DNA of 64,000 bases, taken from Polyangia bacterium (GTDB lineage Bacteria; Myxococcota_A; Polyangia; Palsa-1104; JAEUJZ01). Location: NCBI GenBank assembly GCA_044222245.1, contig JBGANQ010000012.1, positions 11,844-75,843 on the forward strand. The letters run 5' to 3'. Positions 37,803 through 47,933 of this stretch are shown here, in pieces. Within the stretch, counting starts at the first letter, position 1; each line of letters starts with the position of its first letter. Under the pieces are notes generated by a model that saw only the letters and a program-made list of their open reading frames with translations, was not told where the DNA came from and searched no databases. The position numbers were made by a program, and so were the translations under genes.

Positions 37803-37873
37803 ATGCCTGCGCCGCGACGCGTGCTAAACGGACAGCATTAGGGAGGGACGGCCTCTCCCCCCAAGGACTGCCC

Positions 37874-38653
37874 ATGGAACTGCCCATCTTCCAGATCGAT
37901 GCGTTCACCGGCCGCGTCTTTGGCGGCAACCCGGCTGCCGTGGTCCCCTTGACCAAGTGGCTGCCCGACCCCGTGCTGCAGGCGATCGCCGCCGAGAACA
38001 ACCTGGCCGAGACCGCCTTCTTCGTGCGTCAGAGCGACCACTACGCGCTGCGCTGGTTCACCCCCGCGGTCGAGGTCGATCTGTGCGGCCACGCCACCCT
38101 GGCCACCGCGCACCTGCTGTTCACCCGCTTTGAGCCCGAGGCCGAGCGCCTGCGCTTCACTACCCAGAGCGGCTGGCTCGAGGTAAGCCGCGACGGCGAC
38201 CGCCTGGCGCTCGACTTCCCGGCGCGGCCGCCGCTGCCCTGCGCGGTGCCCGAGTCGCTGGCCGCTGCCCTTGGGACCCAGCCGGTCGAGGTGCTGGGCG
38301 CGCGCGACTACTTTGTCGTGCTGCGCAGCGCCGAGGCAGTGCGGGCGATAAAGCCCGACTTCGCGCGCCTTGCGACCCTGGACCGCGCCGCCGTCATCGT
38401 CACCGCGCCCGGGGAGGACTGCGACTTCGTGTCGCGCTTCTTCGCCCCCGCCATGGGAATCCCCGAGGACCCGGTCACCGGCTCGGCGCACTGCACCCTC
38501 ATCCCCTACTGGTCGCGGCGCCTGGGCAAGATCAGCCTGCTCGCCCGCCAGCTGTCGGCGCGCGGCGGTGAGCTGTTCTGCGAGGATCGCGGCGAGCGGG
38601 TCGCCATCGCCGGCCACTCGGTGCTCTACCTGGAAGGCACTATCTATATCTAA
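37874..38653 (+). CDS. PhzF-family (phenazine biosynthesis-like) isomerase
   Basis: I trimmed to ATG 37874: MELPIFQIDAFTGRVFGGNPAAVV, NLAETAFF, EVDLCGHATLA, SGSAHCTL. Confidence 0.9.
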   Translation: MELPIFQIDAFTGRVFGGNPAAVVPLTKWLPDPVLQAIAAENNLAETAFFVRQSDHYALRWFTPAVEVDLCGHATLATAHLLFTRFEPEAERLRFTTQSGWLEVSRDGDRLALDFPARPPLPCAVPESLAAALGTQPVEVLGARDYFVVLRSAEAVRAIKPDFARLATLDRAAVIVTAPGEDCDFVSRFFAPAMGIPEDPVTGSAHCTLIPYWSRRLGKISLLARQLSARGGELFCEDRGERVAIAGHSVLYLEGTIYI

Positions 38654-38671
38654 AGGACTGTCGCGAACTCC

Positions 38672-41600
38672 CTAGTTGGGAGTATAGGCCTTGCTCGAGG
38701 TGCGCGCCCAGACGCCGCGCCCTTCCTGCCACAGGCGCATCGCCCGGCGCGCCAGCTCGATGCGCTTCTGGGCGCTCAGCTCGTCGTGGAAGACGGTGCT
38801 GACGATGGCGCGGCTCACCTTGTAGCTGCGGCGCAGGCGGTCGCGGTCCTGCGGTCGCAGGACTCCCGGGGAGCTCGGGCTAGCGGTGCCGCTGCCGTGA
38901 CCGAGGTTGAGAGTACCGGGCGAGTTGGCCGACGCGGCGAGCGCCGGGACGAGGAACCCGGGCGAGCTATAGCTCGGACGGCCCTCGGTGGTCAGGTACT
39001 CGGCCTCATCGCTTGTGAGGTAGAAGGTGTTGGTCAGGTCGCGGACGATGCGGCGGACCACCTCGGCCGAGAAAGCGGCGAAGTAGTCCTCGTCGCGGCG
39101 GGCGATCTTCTGGCGGTCCTTGGGGTCGAGCGTCTGGTAAAAGACGTGCAGGTAGTCGACGGCGCTGTCGATGGTGAACCACGGCTCGTCGACCAGGCTC
39201 AGAAGGACGAAGCTGCACTCGGGGCCGAGCATATAAAGGCCGTTCTCGCTCTGCAGGGCGGCGCGCTCCTCGGCGTGGACCTTCTCCAGGGCGAGCACTA
39301 CGTCGCGCTCGGTGATCTTCTGCTCCTCGCGGCGCGAGCTGCGCAGGCGCTCGTCGATGCTCTGGATGATGAGGGCGCCGCAGTGCTGGATCCACGCCGG
39401 GACGCGGAAGGTCTTCTCCAGCAGCACCTGCTCGACCGCCGCCGACTCGAAACGCAGGCCCAGGCGCGTGAACGGCTCGCGCACCATGCGCTCGGCGCTG
39501 GTCTCGTCCAGGGGGCCGAGCATGCGCAGCTTGGCGAAGTTGAGCAGCGGTCCGAACAGATCCCAGCGCGCCTCGACGAGCTCCGCGTGACCGGCGAGGA
39601 TGACCCGGCACACGGCGCCGCCGGCGAGCACCAGCGCCGAGGCCGAGCGCAGCTCCTCGAGCAGCGGCGACTGCCGGCGCTGATCCGGCGGCGTCTGCAG
39701 CCCCTCCAGCACGCCCTCGATGACATCGCGCGGGAAGCCGGTCTGGTGCAGGGCGCTGCGCAGCGCCGCCACCTGCGCCTTGGTGACCGCCGGGCTGCCC
39801 GGCCCGAGCAGGGTCGCCAGCGACTGACCGAGCGCCGAGGCCTCGCGCCACTCGCCCAGCAGGTAGGCCCGCCGCTCGGTGCGCAGGATGGTGTCGATCT
39901 CGTCAAGGACGATGGCCACGCTGTGGTCGGGGTGGCGGCGCGTCCACTGGTCGATGACCGAGCGCAGCGGCGGCAGCACCTCGCCCAGGGCGAAGCCCTG
40001 CTGGGCCTTCTGCGGCTCGATGTCCTCGTACAGCTCGGTGATCATCGCCTTGAGCAGCTCGCGGCTCGTCGGCGCGGTGGTGTAGTCCATGCCGCGCGGG
40101 ATGACGCGGTAGCCCTGCTGCTCCAGCTCGAAGCGCACGCGCTGCAAGAGCGAGGTCTTGCCGATCTTGCGCGGCCCGACGATAAGGAAGTTCTCCTGCC
40201 GCTGGCCGCGGATCTCCTCCAAGAGCGAGCGCCGGCCGTAGAACATCTCCTCGATGAGCTCCTGGTTGGCCAGGCCCATCTTGCTGCGGAACGGCGACAG
40301 CGCGGCGTAGCTGGCGGCGGCGGCCAGGCGGCGGATGAGCTCTTCGACGGGGTTGTCGTGCAGCGCGGCGTGCTGCAGGTCGGCGATGTCGATCGCGGCG
40401 ACGTGGAACAGGTTGCGGCTCCAGTGCAGGACCTCGGCCAAGAGCTCGGGCACCACGACGATCGCCGACAGCGAGGTGTCGCTGATCGTCCCCTCGGTGC
40501 CGGCAAACCCCGCGTCCGGGCGCGGCAGGATCTGCGGCCCCGAGCCGCCGGCGACCATCATCGGCAGCCGACCGCGCAGATCGATCTGCACCTGCTCCAG
40601 CGTCGGCCGATCCGGCTGCCCCGCCGGCAGGTACAGCACCACCCGCTTGAGCCACGGCAGCTGGCGCTTCTCGCGGAAGCGCACCTGCACGCTGCGCATC
40701 GGGATCTGGCCGCCGGCGCGCGCGAGCAGCTCGTCGCGGCCGGTGCCGTCGACCAGATCGAGGCGGAAGTACTTGGCGATCGCCTCGATGAAGCGGTGCT
40801 CGTCCTGGCCGTCCATCCACTTGCGACAGGCGCGCGACAGATCCAAAAACTCCTGCCAGCGCCCCTGCGGCGCCTGCATGCCCGGCCGGTTCCACCCGAG
40901 CACGGTGCGCAGCGGCGCCGAGCTGCCGCCGAGCGCCCGATCAACGGCGGCGGCGTCCCACAGCGGCAGCTGGCGGACCAGGTTGCGGCCGTCGATGGTG
41001 TTGGGCAGCCCGGCCTCGCCCTCGGCGACCCCGAGCAGCGTGCGCAGCCACTCGCGCACAGCCGAGCTGGTGAAGGCGCAGAACAGGCGGTCGCCGCTGA
41101 GGCGCATGGTGCGCAGGATGCCCAGCCGCTTGAGATCGGCCGCCGCCTGGTCGAGCCAGCGCTCGCCGCTGCGCGTCCCCTCGCGGGCCGGGGTCTCCTC
41201 GGCGGTGGGGCGGCCGCGCAGCCGCGGGCGGGTCTGCTTGAGGTAGGTCCAAAGCACGGTGCGGCTGTCCTGCAGGCTGCCGCGGATGCGCACCTTCTTG
41301 AGCCACATGACCTTGGTCAGATCGTCGATGGTGCGCTGGTCCAGGCGCACCCCGGCCGAGGCCACCACCTTGCTCGTCGGCAGGCGGTCCTTGCCCGAGA
41401 TCGAGTACACCGGGGCGTCGACCACCATGCCGGGCCGGACGTCGGCGACATCCAGATCCACCGAGTCGCTGCACAGCGCCGCCAGGTACAGCCGGTGCTG
41501 CAGCGGCAGGGCGCTCCACACCACGGACAGATAGGTGCCCACGCGCGACTCGAAGGCGCTCGCTGACAGCGGCGCCCGGGTGCGCTCGCGCAGCGCCTGC

Positions 41601-44600
41601 TCGACGATCGGCATGCACTCGGCGACCAGCCGCAGGTCGGTGCCGGTCACGTCCATGAGCGCCCGCAGCGCGGTCTGGGTCCCCGAGTGGGTGGTCGCCA
41701 CCGCGGGCGGCGCCCCCTGCGCCGCCGCCCCCGAGCCCTCGCGCAGCAGCAGCAGGCTGGTCAGCGCCTGCTCCAGCTCGTTGCGCATCCGCTCGTCGGT
41801 GCGGTGCACGCTGTAGGGGTCGGCGACGTGGTCCAGGTCGATGAGCTCCAGCGATCGCGCCGCCGCCTCCGAAGCGGCCTGGCTGCTCGACGGGGTGACG
41901 ATGGCCGGCAGGATCAGCGACAGCGCCGCCGCCTGCGGCGACAGGAGCAGCAGCGAGCGGCCGCGGTAGGCCAGGCTCACCCGGGCGCCGAGGATAAGGA
42001 GCTGCCGCTGCTCGTTTTCCTCCAGGCGCGCCTTCTCGCACAGCTCGGGCAGGCCGAGGATGATAAGGCCGCGCGCCTGCGCCCCCGAGGTGGGCAGCGG
42101 CGCCTCACTGACCGCGCGCACCAGGGCGTCGACGGTGTCCAGCCGCTCGGCGTTGGGCAGCCCGAGCACGCCGCCGATGCGCGCCCCGACCTGCTGCACC
42201 AGATCGCGCAGGGTCGGGTTGAGCGCCCGCTGGCTGCCCTGCAGCGGCGCCGAGCTCGCCGGGGCCGAGCGCGCCGCGACGTTGACCATGCGCCAGCCTT
42301 CCAGGGTGTCGATCGGCCGCTCCGGCCAGTCCAGGTTCACCGCGTCGGCGAGCAGCTCGTAGGCGTGGGCGGGGAAGGCAGTGACGATGGCGACCGAGGC
42401 GTGGGCCGACCGCAGAAGGTCCATCAGCTGCTCTTTGCGCTGCTGGAACAGCGTCGGCAAGCGCTCGGCGAAGCTGTCAAACAGGGCGCGCGCCAGCTGG
42501 CGCGACTCGCGGCGGAACTGGCCTTCGATGACCCGCTCGGTGCGCTTGTCGCCGTCGTGGGACAGCTCGATCTCGATGCGGTAGCGCAGGCCGTCGGCGG
42601 CCATCAGCGCCGGGCACTCGACCGCCAGCCCGAGCTCGTGGCCGGGCTCCAGATCCACCGGGTCGGGGTCGAGCGCCCGCGCCCGCACCTCCTTGGGCTC
42701 GACCGAGCGCACGCTCAAAACGACCCCGTGGGCGGTGCGGGCGGCGTCGGCGGCCAGCATCACCGCGTAGCGCAGCACGCGCCGCCCCTCGCTGATGCCG
42801 AGGTCGGAGATGAGGCGCACCTCGAAGTCAGGCTCGGTGCGCAGCCGCGTCGCCTCCTCGACCAGGACCTGCCACCAGACGGTGAGCAGGGCGACCACGG
42901 TGGCCACCGGGCGCACCACCAGCATGCGCGACACGAACGCGCCGGCGTGGCCGAGCGGGGTGGCGCCGCTCAGGCGATCGAGCAGGCGCAGCCGCAGGGC
43001 GTTGCGCCGCTGATCGAGCTGCGCCGCCAGCTCGTCCAGGCTGTGGGCGACCTGCGCCTTGTTGGTCTTGCGATCGAGCTCCTGCAGCGCCTGCGACAGG
43101 AACTGCTGCTCGGCGAGGTAGGTCGCCTCGTCGATAAAGGCCCAGGCCTCGTCGCGGTAGCGGTAGGACAGGTGCTGCTCGCTGAGGCTCCTGTGGGCGC
43201 GCAGGGCCGCCAGGGCCTTGTCGACCATCGCCGGCTGCAGCGAGGCCTGCAGCTCGGCGAGGTTGGTCATGTCAAACAGCCGCAGCACGCCCTGGACCAT
43301 CTCCAGGAGCGCCCACGAGTCGGGGGTGATGCCGTCCGAGCTGACCGGCAGGGCGCAGCGCGCCAGCTCGTCGGCCAGGCGCTCGTAGTAGATCTGGTCA
43401 AAGCCGTTCTCGATGGCGACCTCGAACAGCCAGTCGATCTCGCCTTCGAGGGTGTTGGAGACGCCGCTCAAGGTGTCGTCGTTGTCCTCGGCGCCGATCG
43501 TCGGCAGGCGCGGCCCCCAGCGCCGCGACACGCCGGTAAGGAACGAGCGCGCCTCGGTGTCGGGCAGGATCTCGGGCTGGCACATGGTCTCGATGACCGC
43601 GTGCGGCATATGCAGGCGCACCCGCCCGAGGTCGCCGGCGAGGAAGGCGCGCTCCCACGACAGCGCCGAGCGCAAAAGCAGCGCCATGTTGGTGAGCAAG
43701 AATCGGCTCGGCTGCGTCGGCGACACCGCCTCGAGCACCGCGACCACGCTGCGGAAGAACACCGGCTCGGCCTGATCGAAAAGCTTGGCCCGGTCCAGGC
43801 GCTGCAGGTGGCGCAGGAACAGGGCGGCGACGCTGTCGATGGCGAACGGCCACTCGGCCGAGCGGGTGTCGTGCAGGATGATCGCCGGCAGCCAGGTGGG
43901 CAGCTCCTCGATGTGCTCGGGCCGGACGTGGTTCTCGACGCACTGCAGCAGCTCGCCGCGGATGCTCAGCGGCTCGTCGCAGACGTGCACCAGGCGCGAG
44001 AGCAGCTCGCGCCCGAGCTTGGCCTGCTGGGCGTCGGCGCCGCTGCCCGCGCCGCCCAGGGCAATGGGCACCAGGGCCTCGAACAGCGGCAGCAGCAGGA
44101 TGCGCGCCCGCGGCGGTCGCGGCAGCGGCCAGGCGGCGACGTCGAACAGGTCCGAGCGCGACGGCGAGCGGGCGCTGGCGTCGAGCCCCACCTGGGCGTC
44201 GGTCTGAAGCAGCAGCTTGGTCAGGTGAAGCACGCTGGCCACCGCCGGGGTGCCGCGCTCGCCGGTCGGGCGCGGCGTGCCCACCGGAGTGTTGGTGCGC
44301 GCCGGCGGCGGGCGCGACGAGGCGCCCGGCTTGACCTCGGCCGAGGTCATGCCCGGGGTGACGATTGAGCCGGCGATGCGGCCCTCGCGCGCCGAGCGCA
44401 AGAGCTCGCGCAGGGCGACGGCGCGGATGTGCGGGCCCTGGCCGCGCATCGCCGCCCGCAGCACGTTGGCGCGCGAGCCGGCGGCGCGGCTGCCAAGCTC
44501 CAGCAGCCGCTCGATGCTCTGCAGGTGCTCGTCCTGCGGGTGGGCCTCCCAGCTGGTCAGCACGCCCCCCTGGAGCAGGATGAGCAGCCGGTAGCCGCCC

Positions 44601-46060
44601 TCGACCAGCGGCCGGCACATCATGCGCTGCGGGGTGCCGCCGGCGGCCAGCCGCACCAGCTCCTGGCCATCGCGGCGGAAGTCGACGGCGAGGATGTGCA
44701 CCTGCTCATCCTCGGTGCCGAGCGCCAGGCACGGCACGCCGAAGACCCCCTCGGGGATGAAGCACAGCGCCGAGATGCCCTTGGGGAACAGGTGCTGCGA
44801 CATCAGGCGCAGCGACTCACCCTCGATGCCGAACACCTGGACCTGGCCGGTGCTGGTGCCCACCGCGGCCAGGGTGGCGCCATCGGCGAGCGCGGCGCAG
44901 CTGGTCGCCGCCGGCGCCGGCACCGACAGCGACTTGTAGCCCGGCCGGCGCAGCGAGACTCGCGCCGAGGTGATGTGCAGCGAGCCGGCGCTGTTGGAGA
45001 TGACCGCCAAAAGCTCGGCCGGCAGGACGTGCGCGCGCACGCGCAGGTGGCCGCCCTGGGTGTCCACGGCGAGCACGCTCGGCCGGCCGCGCTCGCCGGT
45101 GCCCGGCACGCGCAGGATCAGCGTCTCGCGGGTCGGTGCTGAGCGGCGGGCCGACTCGGCGGACTCGGCAATTCCCGGCGAGCTGGGCGGGATGGCGCTC
45201 ACCGCGTCGTCGCTGGGGCTTAAGTGCAGGTCGTAGCCGATCGGCTCGGCGCCGCTGCCGCCGCAGCGCGCCTCGCCGCGCAGCACCGTCTGGCCGCTGC
45301 CGAGCAGGCTGTAGACGAGCAGCTTGGTATCGCCCGCCTCGTCGATGCCGACGATGACGGCCGGCAGGAAGCTGTCGCCCTCCTGCCACAGCCGGCGGAC
45401 TTCGATAAAGCGCACGGTGCCGGGGACCTGAACCTCCGGCCCGGCGGAGGTCGGCTGCCACGGCCAGTCGAGCGGCGGCGGGCCGGTATCGATCTCGCGG
45501 CCCGAGCGCAGAGGTCCGTGCTGGGCGGGCTCGATGGGCTCGACGCGCAAGGCGCCGCGGCGGCCGATGCCGACGATCCAGCTGCGGCTTGGCCACTCCA
45601 GCGTCGCGGTGGTGATGCCGTCGCCGGTGGGCACCAGCGGATCGATCGCCGTGGCGACCAGATCCAGGCGCTCCAGCTCCATCGAGAAGCGGTCCAGGCG
45701 CAGCTCTTCGATAAGGCCGATGGCGCGCAGGACCCGCATCACCACTTCGTTGTTCTCGTCGAGCTTGGGCCGGTCGCTCTCGGGCACTCCCTCGATGTGG
45801 GCCAGGCGCGCCGCCGCTTCGGTGGTCAGCGAGGTGGCGTAGTCGCGCGCCCGCAGGCTGCGGACGTTGAGCAAGCGCTTGAGCTCGGGCGGCGGCTGGT
45901 CGATCGTCGGATCGCTGCTCGGCAGGCTGCCGTCGACGGCGTTGGCCGGCGAGTGCTGCCAGTACTGCTCGAACAGCCGGCGCGAGATGCGGTCGATCTG
46001 GTGGCGGACCAGGCGCGGCGCGCCCAGGTACACCTCGACTAGCTCCGCCAGGACGGTGCG
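38672..46060 (-). CDS. Giant protein, distal ~2,460 codons: WD-like beta region, ~1,400-aa helical region, C-terminal P-loop ATPase (archaeal-ATPase/ORC-like type) + C-terminal tail
   Basis: This is track ORF 38672..46033, and the same frame stays open and protein-like upstream (..RTVLAELVEVYLGAPRLV). The Walker A is FYGRRSLLEEIRGQRQENFLIVGPRKIGKTSLL (P-loop 40154-40177). The Walker B is HSVAIVLDEID (about 39890-39925). WD-like strands are present (TSTGQVQVFGIEG; EDEQVHILAV). I recognise no effector domain. Confidence 0.8.
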   Translation of the reverse strand, partial: RTVLAELVEVYLGAPRLVRHQIDRISRRLFEQYWQHSPANAVDGSLPSSDPTIDQPPPELKRLLNVRSLRARDYATSLTTEAAARLAHIEGVPESDRPKLDENNEVVMRVLRAIGLIEELRLDRFSMELERLDLVATAIDPLVPTGDGITTATLEWPSRSWIVGIGRRGALRVEPIEPAQHGPLRSGREIDTGPPPLDWPWQPTSAGPEVQVPGTVRFIEVRRLWQEGDSFLPAVIVGIDEAGDTKLLVYSLLGSGQTVLRGEARCGGSGAEPIGYDLHLSPSDDAVSAIPPSSPGIAESAESARRSAPTRETLILRVPGTGERGRPSVLAVDTQGGHLRVRAHVLPAELLAVISNSAGSLHITSARVSLRRPGYKSLSVPAPAATSCAALADGATLAAVGTSTGQVQVFGIEGESLRLMSQHLFPKGISALCFIPEGVFGVPCLALGTEDEQVHILAVDFRRDGQELVRLAAGGTPQRMMCRPLVEGGYRLLILLQGGVLTSWEAHPQDEHLQSIERLLELGSRAAGSRANVLRAAMRGQGPHIRAVALRELLRSAREGRIAGSIVTPGMTSAEVKPGASSRPPPARTNTPVGTPRPTGERGTPAVASVLHLTKLLLQTDAQVGLDASARSPSRSDLFDVAAWPLPRPPRARILLLPLFEALVPIALGGAGSGADAQQAKLGRELLSRLVHVCDEPLSIRGELLQCVENHVRPEHIEELPTWLPAIILHDTRSAEWPFAIDSVAALFLRHLQRLDRAKLFDQAEPVFFRSVVAVLEAVSPTQPSRFLLTNMALLLRSALSWERAFLAGDLGRVRLHMPHAVIETMCQPEILPDTEARSFLTGVSRRWGPRLPTIGAEDNDDTLSGVSNTLEGEIDWLFEVAIENGFDQIYYERLADELARCALPVSSDGITPDSWALLEMVQGVLRLFDMTNLAELQASLQPAMVDKALAALRAHRSLSEQHLSYRYRDEAWAFIDEATYLAEQQFLSQALQELDRKTNKAQVAHSLDELAAQLDQRRNALRLRLLDRLSGATPLGHAGAFVSRMLVVRPVATVVALLTVWWQVLVEEATRLRTEPDFEVRLISDLGISEGRRVLRYAVMLAADAARTAHGVVLSVRSVEPKEVRARALDPDPVDLEPGHELGLAVECPALMAADGLRYRIEIELSHDGDKRTERVIEGQFRRESRQLARALFDSFAERLPTLFQQRKEQLMDLLRSAHASVAIVTAFPAHAYELLADAVNLDWPERPIDTLEGWRMVNVAARSAPASSAPLQGSQRALNPTLRDLVQQVGARIGGVLGLPNAERLDTVDALVRAVSEAPLPTSGAQARGLIILGLPELCEKARLEENEQRQLLILGARVSLAYRGRSLLLLSPQAAALSLILPAIVTPSSSQAASEAAARSLELIDLDHVADPYSVHRTDERMRNELEQALTSLLLLREGSGAAAQGAPPAVATTHSGTQTALRALMDVTGTDLRLVAECMPIVEQALRERTRAPLSASAFESRVGTYLSVVWSALPLQHRLYLAALCSDSVDLDVADVRPGMVVDAPVYSISGKDRLPTSKVVASAGVRLDQRTIDDLTKVMWLKKVRIRGSLQDSRTVLWTYLKQTRPRLRGRPTAEETPAREGTRSGERWLDQAAADLKRLGILRTMRLSGDRLFCAFTSSAVREWLRTLLGVAEGEAGLPNTIDGRNLVRQLPLWDAAAVDRALGGSSAPLRTVLGWNRPGMQAPQGRWQEFLDLSRACRKWMDGQDEHRFIEAIAKYFRLDLVDGTGRDELLARAGGQIPMRSVQVRFREKRQLPWLKRVVLYLPAGQPDRPTLEQVQIDLRGRLPMMVAGGSGPQILPRPDAGFAGTEGTISDTSLSAIVVVPELLAEVLHWSRNLFHVAAIDIADLQHAALHDNPVEELIRRLAAAASYAALSPFRSKMGLANQELIEEMFYGRRSLLEEIRGQRQENFLIVGPRKIGKTSLLQRVRFELEQQGYRVIPRGMDYTTAPTSRELLKAMITELYEDIEPQKAQQGFALGEVLPPLRSVIDQWTRRHPDHSVAIVLDEIDTILRTERRAYLLGEWREASALGQSLATLLGPGSPAVTKAQVAALRSALHQTGFPRDVIEGVLEGLQTPPDQRRQSPLLEELRSASALVLAGGAVCRVILAGHAELVEARWDLFGPLLNFAKLRMLGPLDETSAERMVREPFTRLGLRFESAAVEQVLLEKTFRVPAWIQHCGALIIQSIDERLRSSRREEQKITERDVVLALEKVHAEERAALQSENGLYMLGPECSFVLLSLVDEPWFTIDSAVDYLHVFYQTLDPKDRQKIARRDEDYFAAFSAEVVRRIVRDLTNTFYLTSDEAEYLTTEGRPSYSSPGFLVPALAASANSPGTLNLGHGSGTASPSSPGVLRPQDRDRLRRSYKVSRAIVSTVFHDELSAQKRIELARRAMRLWQEGRGVWARTSSKAYTPN

Positions 46061-46061
46061 C

Positions 46062-47525
46062 GCCCTGCATCTGCTTGACGGTGAGCAGCGGCAGCGGTCC
46101 GGTAGGGGTGGCGCGCGGCTCGTCGCGGGCGAGCTGCGGCAGGTGCAGCAGCAGGAAGTGCTCGAAGATCACCACCGCCTCGCGCTGCGAGCGCTCGGGC
46201 AGCATGTGCCAGCCCGGCTGCCCGGAGGTAAACCAGCGCACCAGATCCACGACCGCCTGCGAGGCGGGACCGGGGCTCTCCAGCACGCGGCTTAGCAGGT
46301 ACAGCTGCACCGCCGCATAGGCGTCGTGGCGCGGCGGGGCCAGGGCGAGCAGCCGCTCGGTCGGCGACGGCCCCGGCGGCGGCCCGGCGGCCGCCTGCGC
46401 CTGACCCAGGGACTGATACAGCTTGCGGCAGCGCTGGTCGAGCAGCGCGGTGTCGGTCAGCTCATAGATGCGCATGCCGCCGTCGATGCCGCCGAGCACC
46501 AGGTCGATGCGGCCGCTGTTCTCGATGTCGGCCAGGGTCATCGCCGAGAACAGGAACCCGGCGTCCATCCGCCACATCACCCCGGTCTGCGCGGTGTCCA
46601 TCGCGAACACGTAGCCAAACGAGGTGCCGCCGACGAGCAGGCCGGCGCTGGGCGACGGCGCCTGCATGCCCAGCTTGCGCGCCGGGGCGTAGGCCAGGCA
46701 GACAAAGCGCCACTGCGGAAACAGCAGCGAGCGCAGGCGGCCGTCGCGGCCGATGCGCTGCAGGCCGCCGCGGGCGTAGGCGACGACCAGCTCGTCCTCG
46801 CACAGGACCAGGTCGGTCACCTCGCCGGGCAGGAACGACACCTTGGAGAAGTCGCTGCTGGCGTCCGGCCGCCGGCCGAGGCGGTCGTCGAGGATCTCGA
46901 CCCACAGCCGCGAGTCCTCGAAGCGGCCGCGCAGCACCGGCACCCGGCCGGGCTCGCTGCTGTCGCCGATAAGGCGGATCTCGCCAAAGCCCGGCGTGCC
47001 GGTGCGGCGGTGCTCGAGCTCGGAGACGTCCCACTGCGTGCCGTCGCAGGTCAGCTTGAGCTCGCGATACACGGCGCCGCCCTCGCTCTCCTCGACCGAG
47101 GTGACGATCGCCTCCTGGCGGCTGAACACGCCGAAGCTGGAGAACGACACCCCGAGGAGCTTGCCGCGGTAGCGATGGGTGCCGATCGTCCAGCTGGCCA
47201 CCGGGCCGCCCTCGGCCTCGCGCAGGGCGAGGCGCGGGGTGTGCACGATGTGATCGCTGTCGATGACCAGCATCTCGTTTTTGCCGTCGCCGTCCAGATC
47301 GGTGACGCGGATGAGCAGGAGGCCCCGGCCAAAGCGCAGGTTGGTGCGCAACAGCGCCGGGCGCGTCCGCAGCCGACACAGGCGGACGAGCTCGCGGGCC
47401 GCCTCGTCGGGGTCCGCCGGCAGCGGAGACTGCGCGAGCTTCACGAGTTCCCGATACTCCTGGACCTCGGGGGAAGCCGGTCGAGCATCGATTCGCCGAA
47501 CGCGGGGCTCAGACATAGGGTTCAT
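46062..47525 (-). CDS. Giant protein, proximal ~488 codons (FG-GAP/beta-propeller-like), separated from the rest by a +1 frame break near 46055-46067
   Basis: This is the first part of track ORF 44817..47525: VTDLDGDGKNEMLVIDSD and LADIENSGRIDLVLGGIDGGMRIYEL (FG-GAP-like). Composition is protein-like up to ..PLLTVKQMQGA. Beyond that the frame is Arg/Pro/Ala/Gly filler lying over the other frame. Confidence 0.75.
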
Positions 47526-47659
47526 TCTACCAGCGGGTCTGAGAGCCGCGGCGCCCGCACTGCGCGCAAGGTCAAATCTGTCGCGGGTTTGGCTCGCGCG
47601 CCATTCGCTGCGCGGCCGGGAAGTGACAGGGAAGGCCCGCTCCTGTAGGCTGCCGCTTG

Positions 47660-47920
47660 ATGAGTGACCATCCTTCTCGCTATACGGGTTCTGATCTGCC
47701 GGGCCATGTGCGCGGCATCATCGAGGCGGCCATCCCCGGCGCGCAGGCCGAAGTGGCCGGCGGCGGCGGTCACTACACGATCAAGGTGACGGCGGCGGCG
47801 TTTGCCGGCAAGTCGCTGATCGAGCAGCAGCGGATGGTCTACAGCGCCATCACCGAGCTCATGCGCGGCGATGACGCGCCGATCCACGCGGTGGACAAGC
47901 TCACCACCCGGTCGGCCTGA
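47660..47920 (+). CDS. BolA-family protein
   Basis: 86 aa. GGGHYTIKVTAAAFAGKSLIEQQRMVYSAI..APIHAVDKLTT matches the BolA H(F/Y)..V.S..F.G...(Q/H)R.VY...IHA pattern. Confidence 0.85.
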   Translation: MSDHPSRYTGSDLPGHVRGIIEAAIPGAQAEVAGGGGHYTIKVTAAAFAGKSLIEQQRMVYSAITELMRGDDAPIHAVDKLTTRSA

Positions 47921-47933
47921 GGCGGTGGTGGGT

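Noticed and set aside
38786-44368. 926-aa and 893-aa plus-strand ORFs (38786..41566 and 41687..44368), plus many smaller ones inside the giant gene
   Set aside because: They are shadow ORFs on the antisense strand with low-complexity Arg/Gly/Ala/Gln content. The minus strand has coherent Walker A/B motifs and a structured sequence.
44817-46054. C-terminal ~400 codons of the 902-aa ORF
   Set aside because: After ..KQMQGA the sequence becomes RPGGASRGVPGRAAPGPPPDRP..-type filler. It fully overlaps the protein-like frame of the 2453-aa ORF. I interpret it as out-of-frame read-through past a frame break, not as a real overlapping gene.
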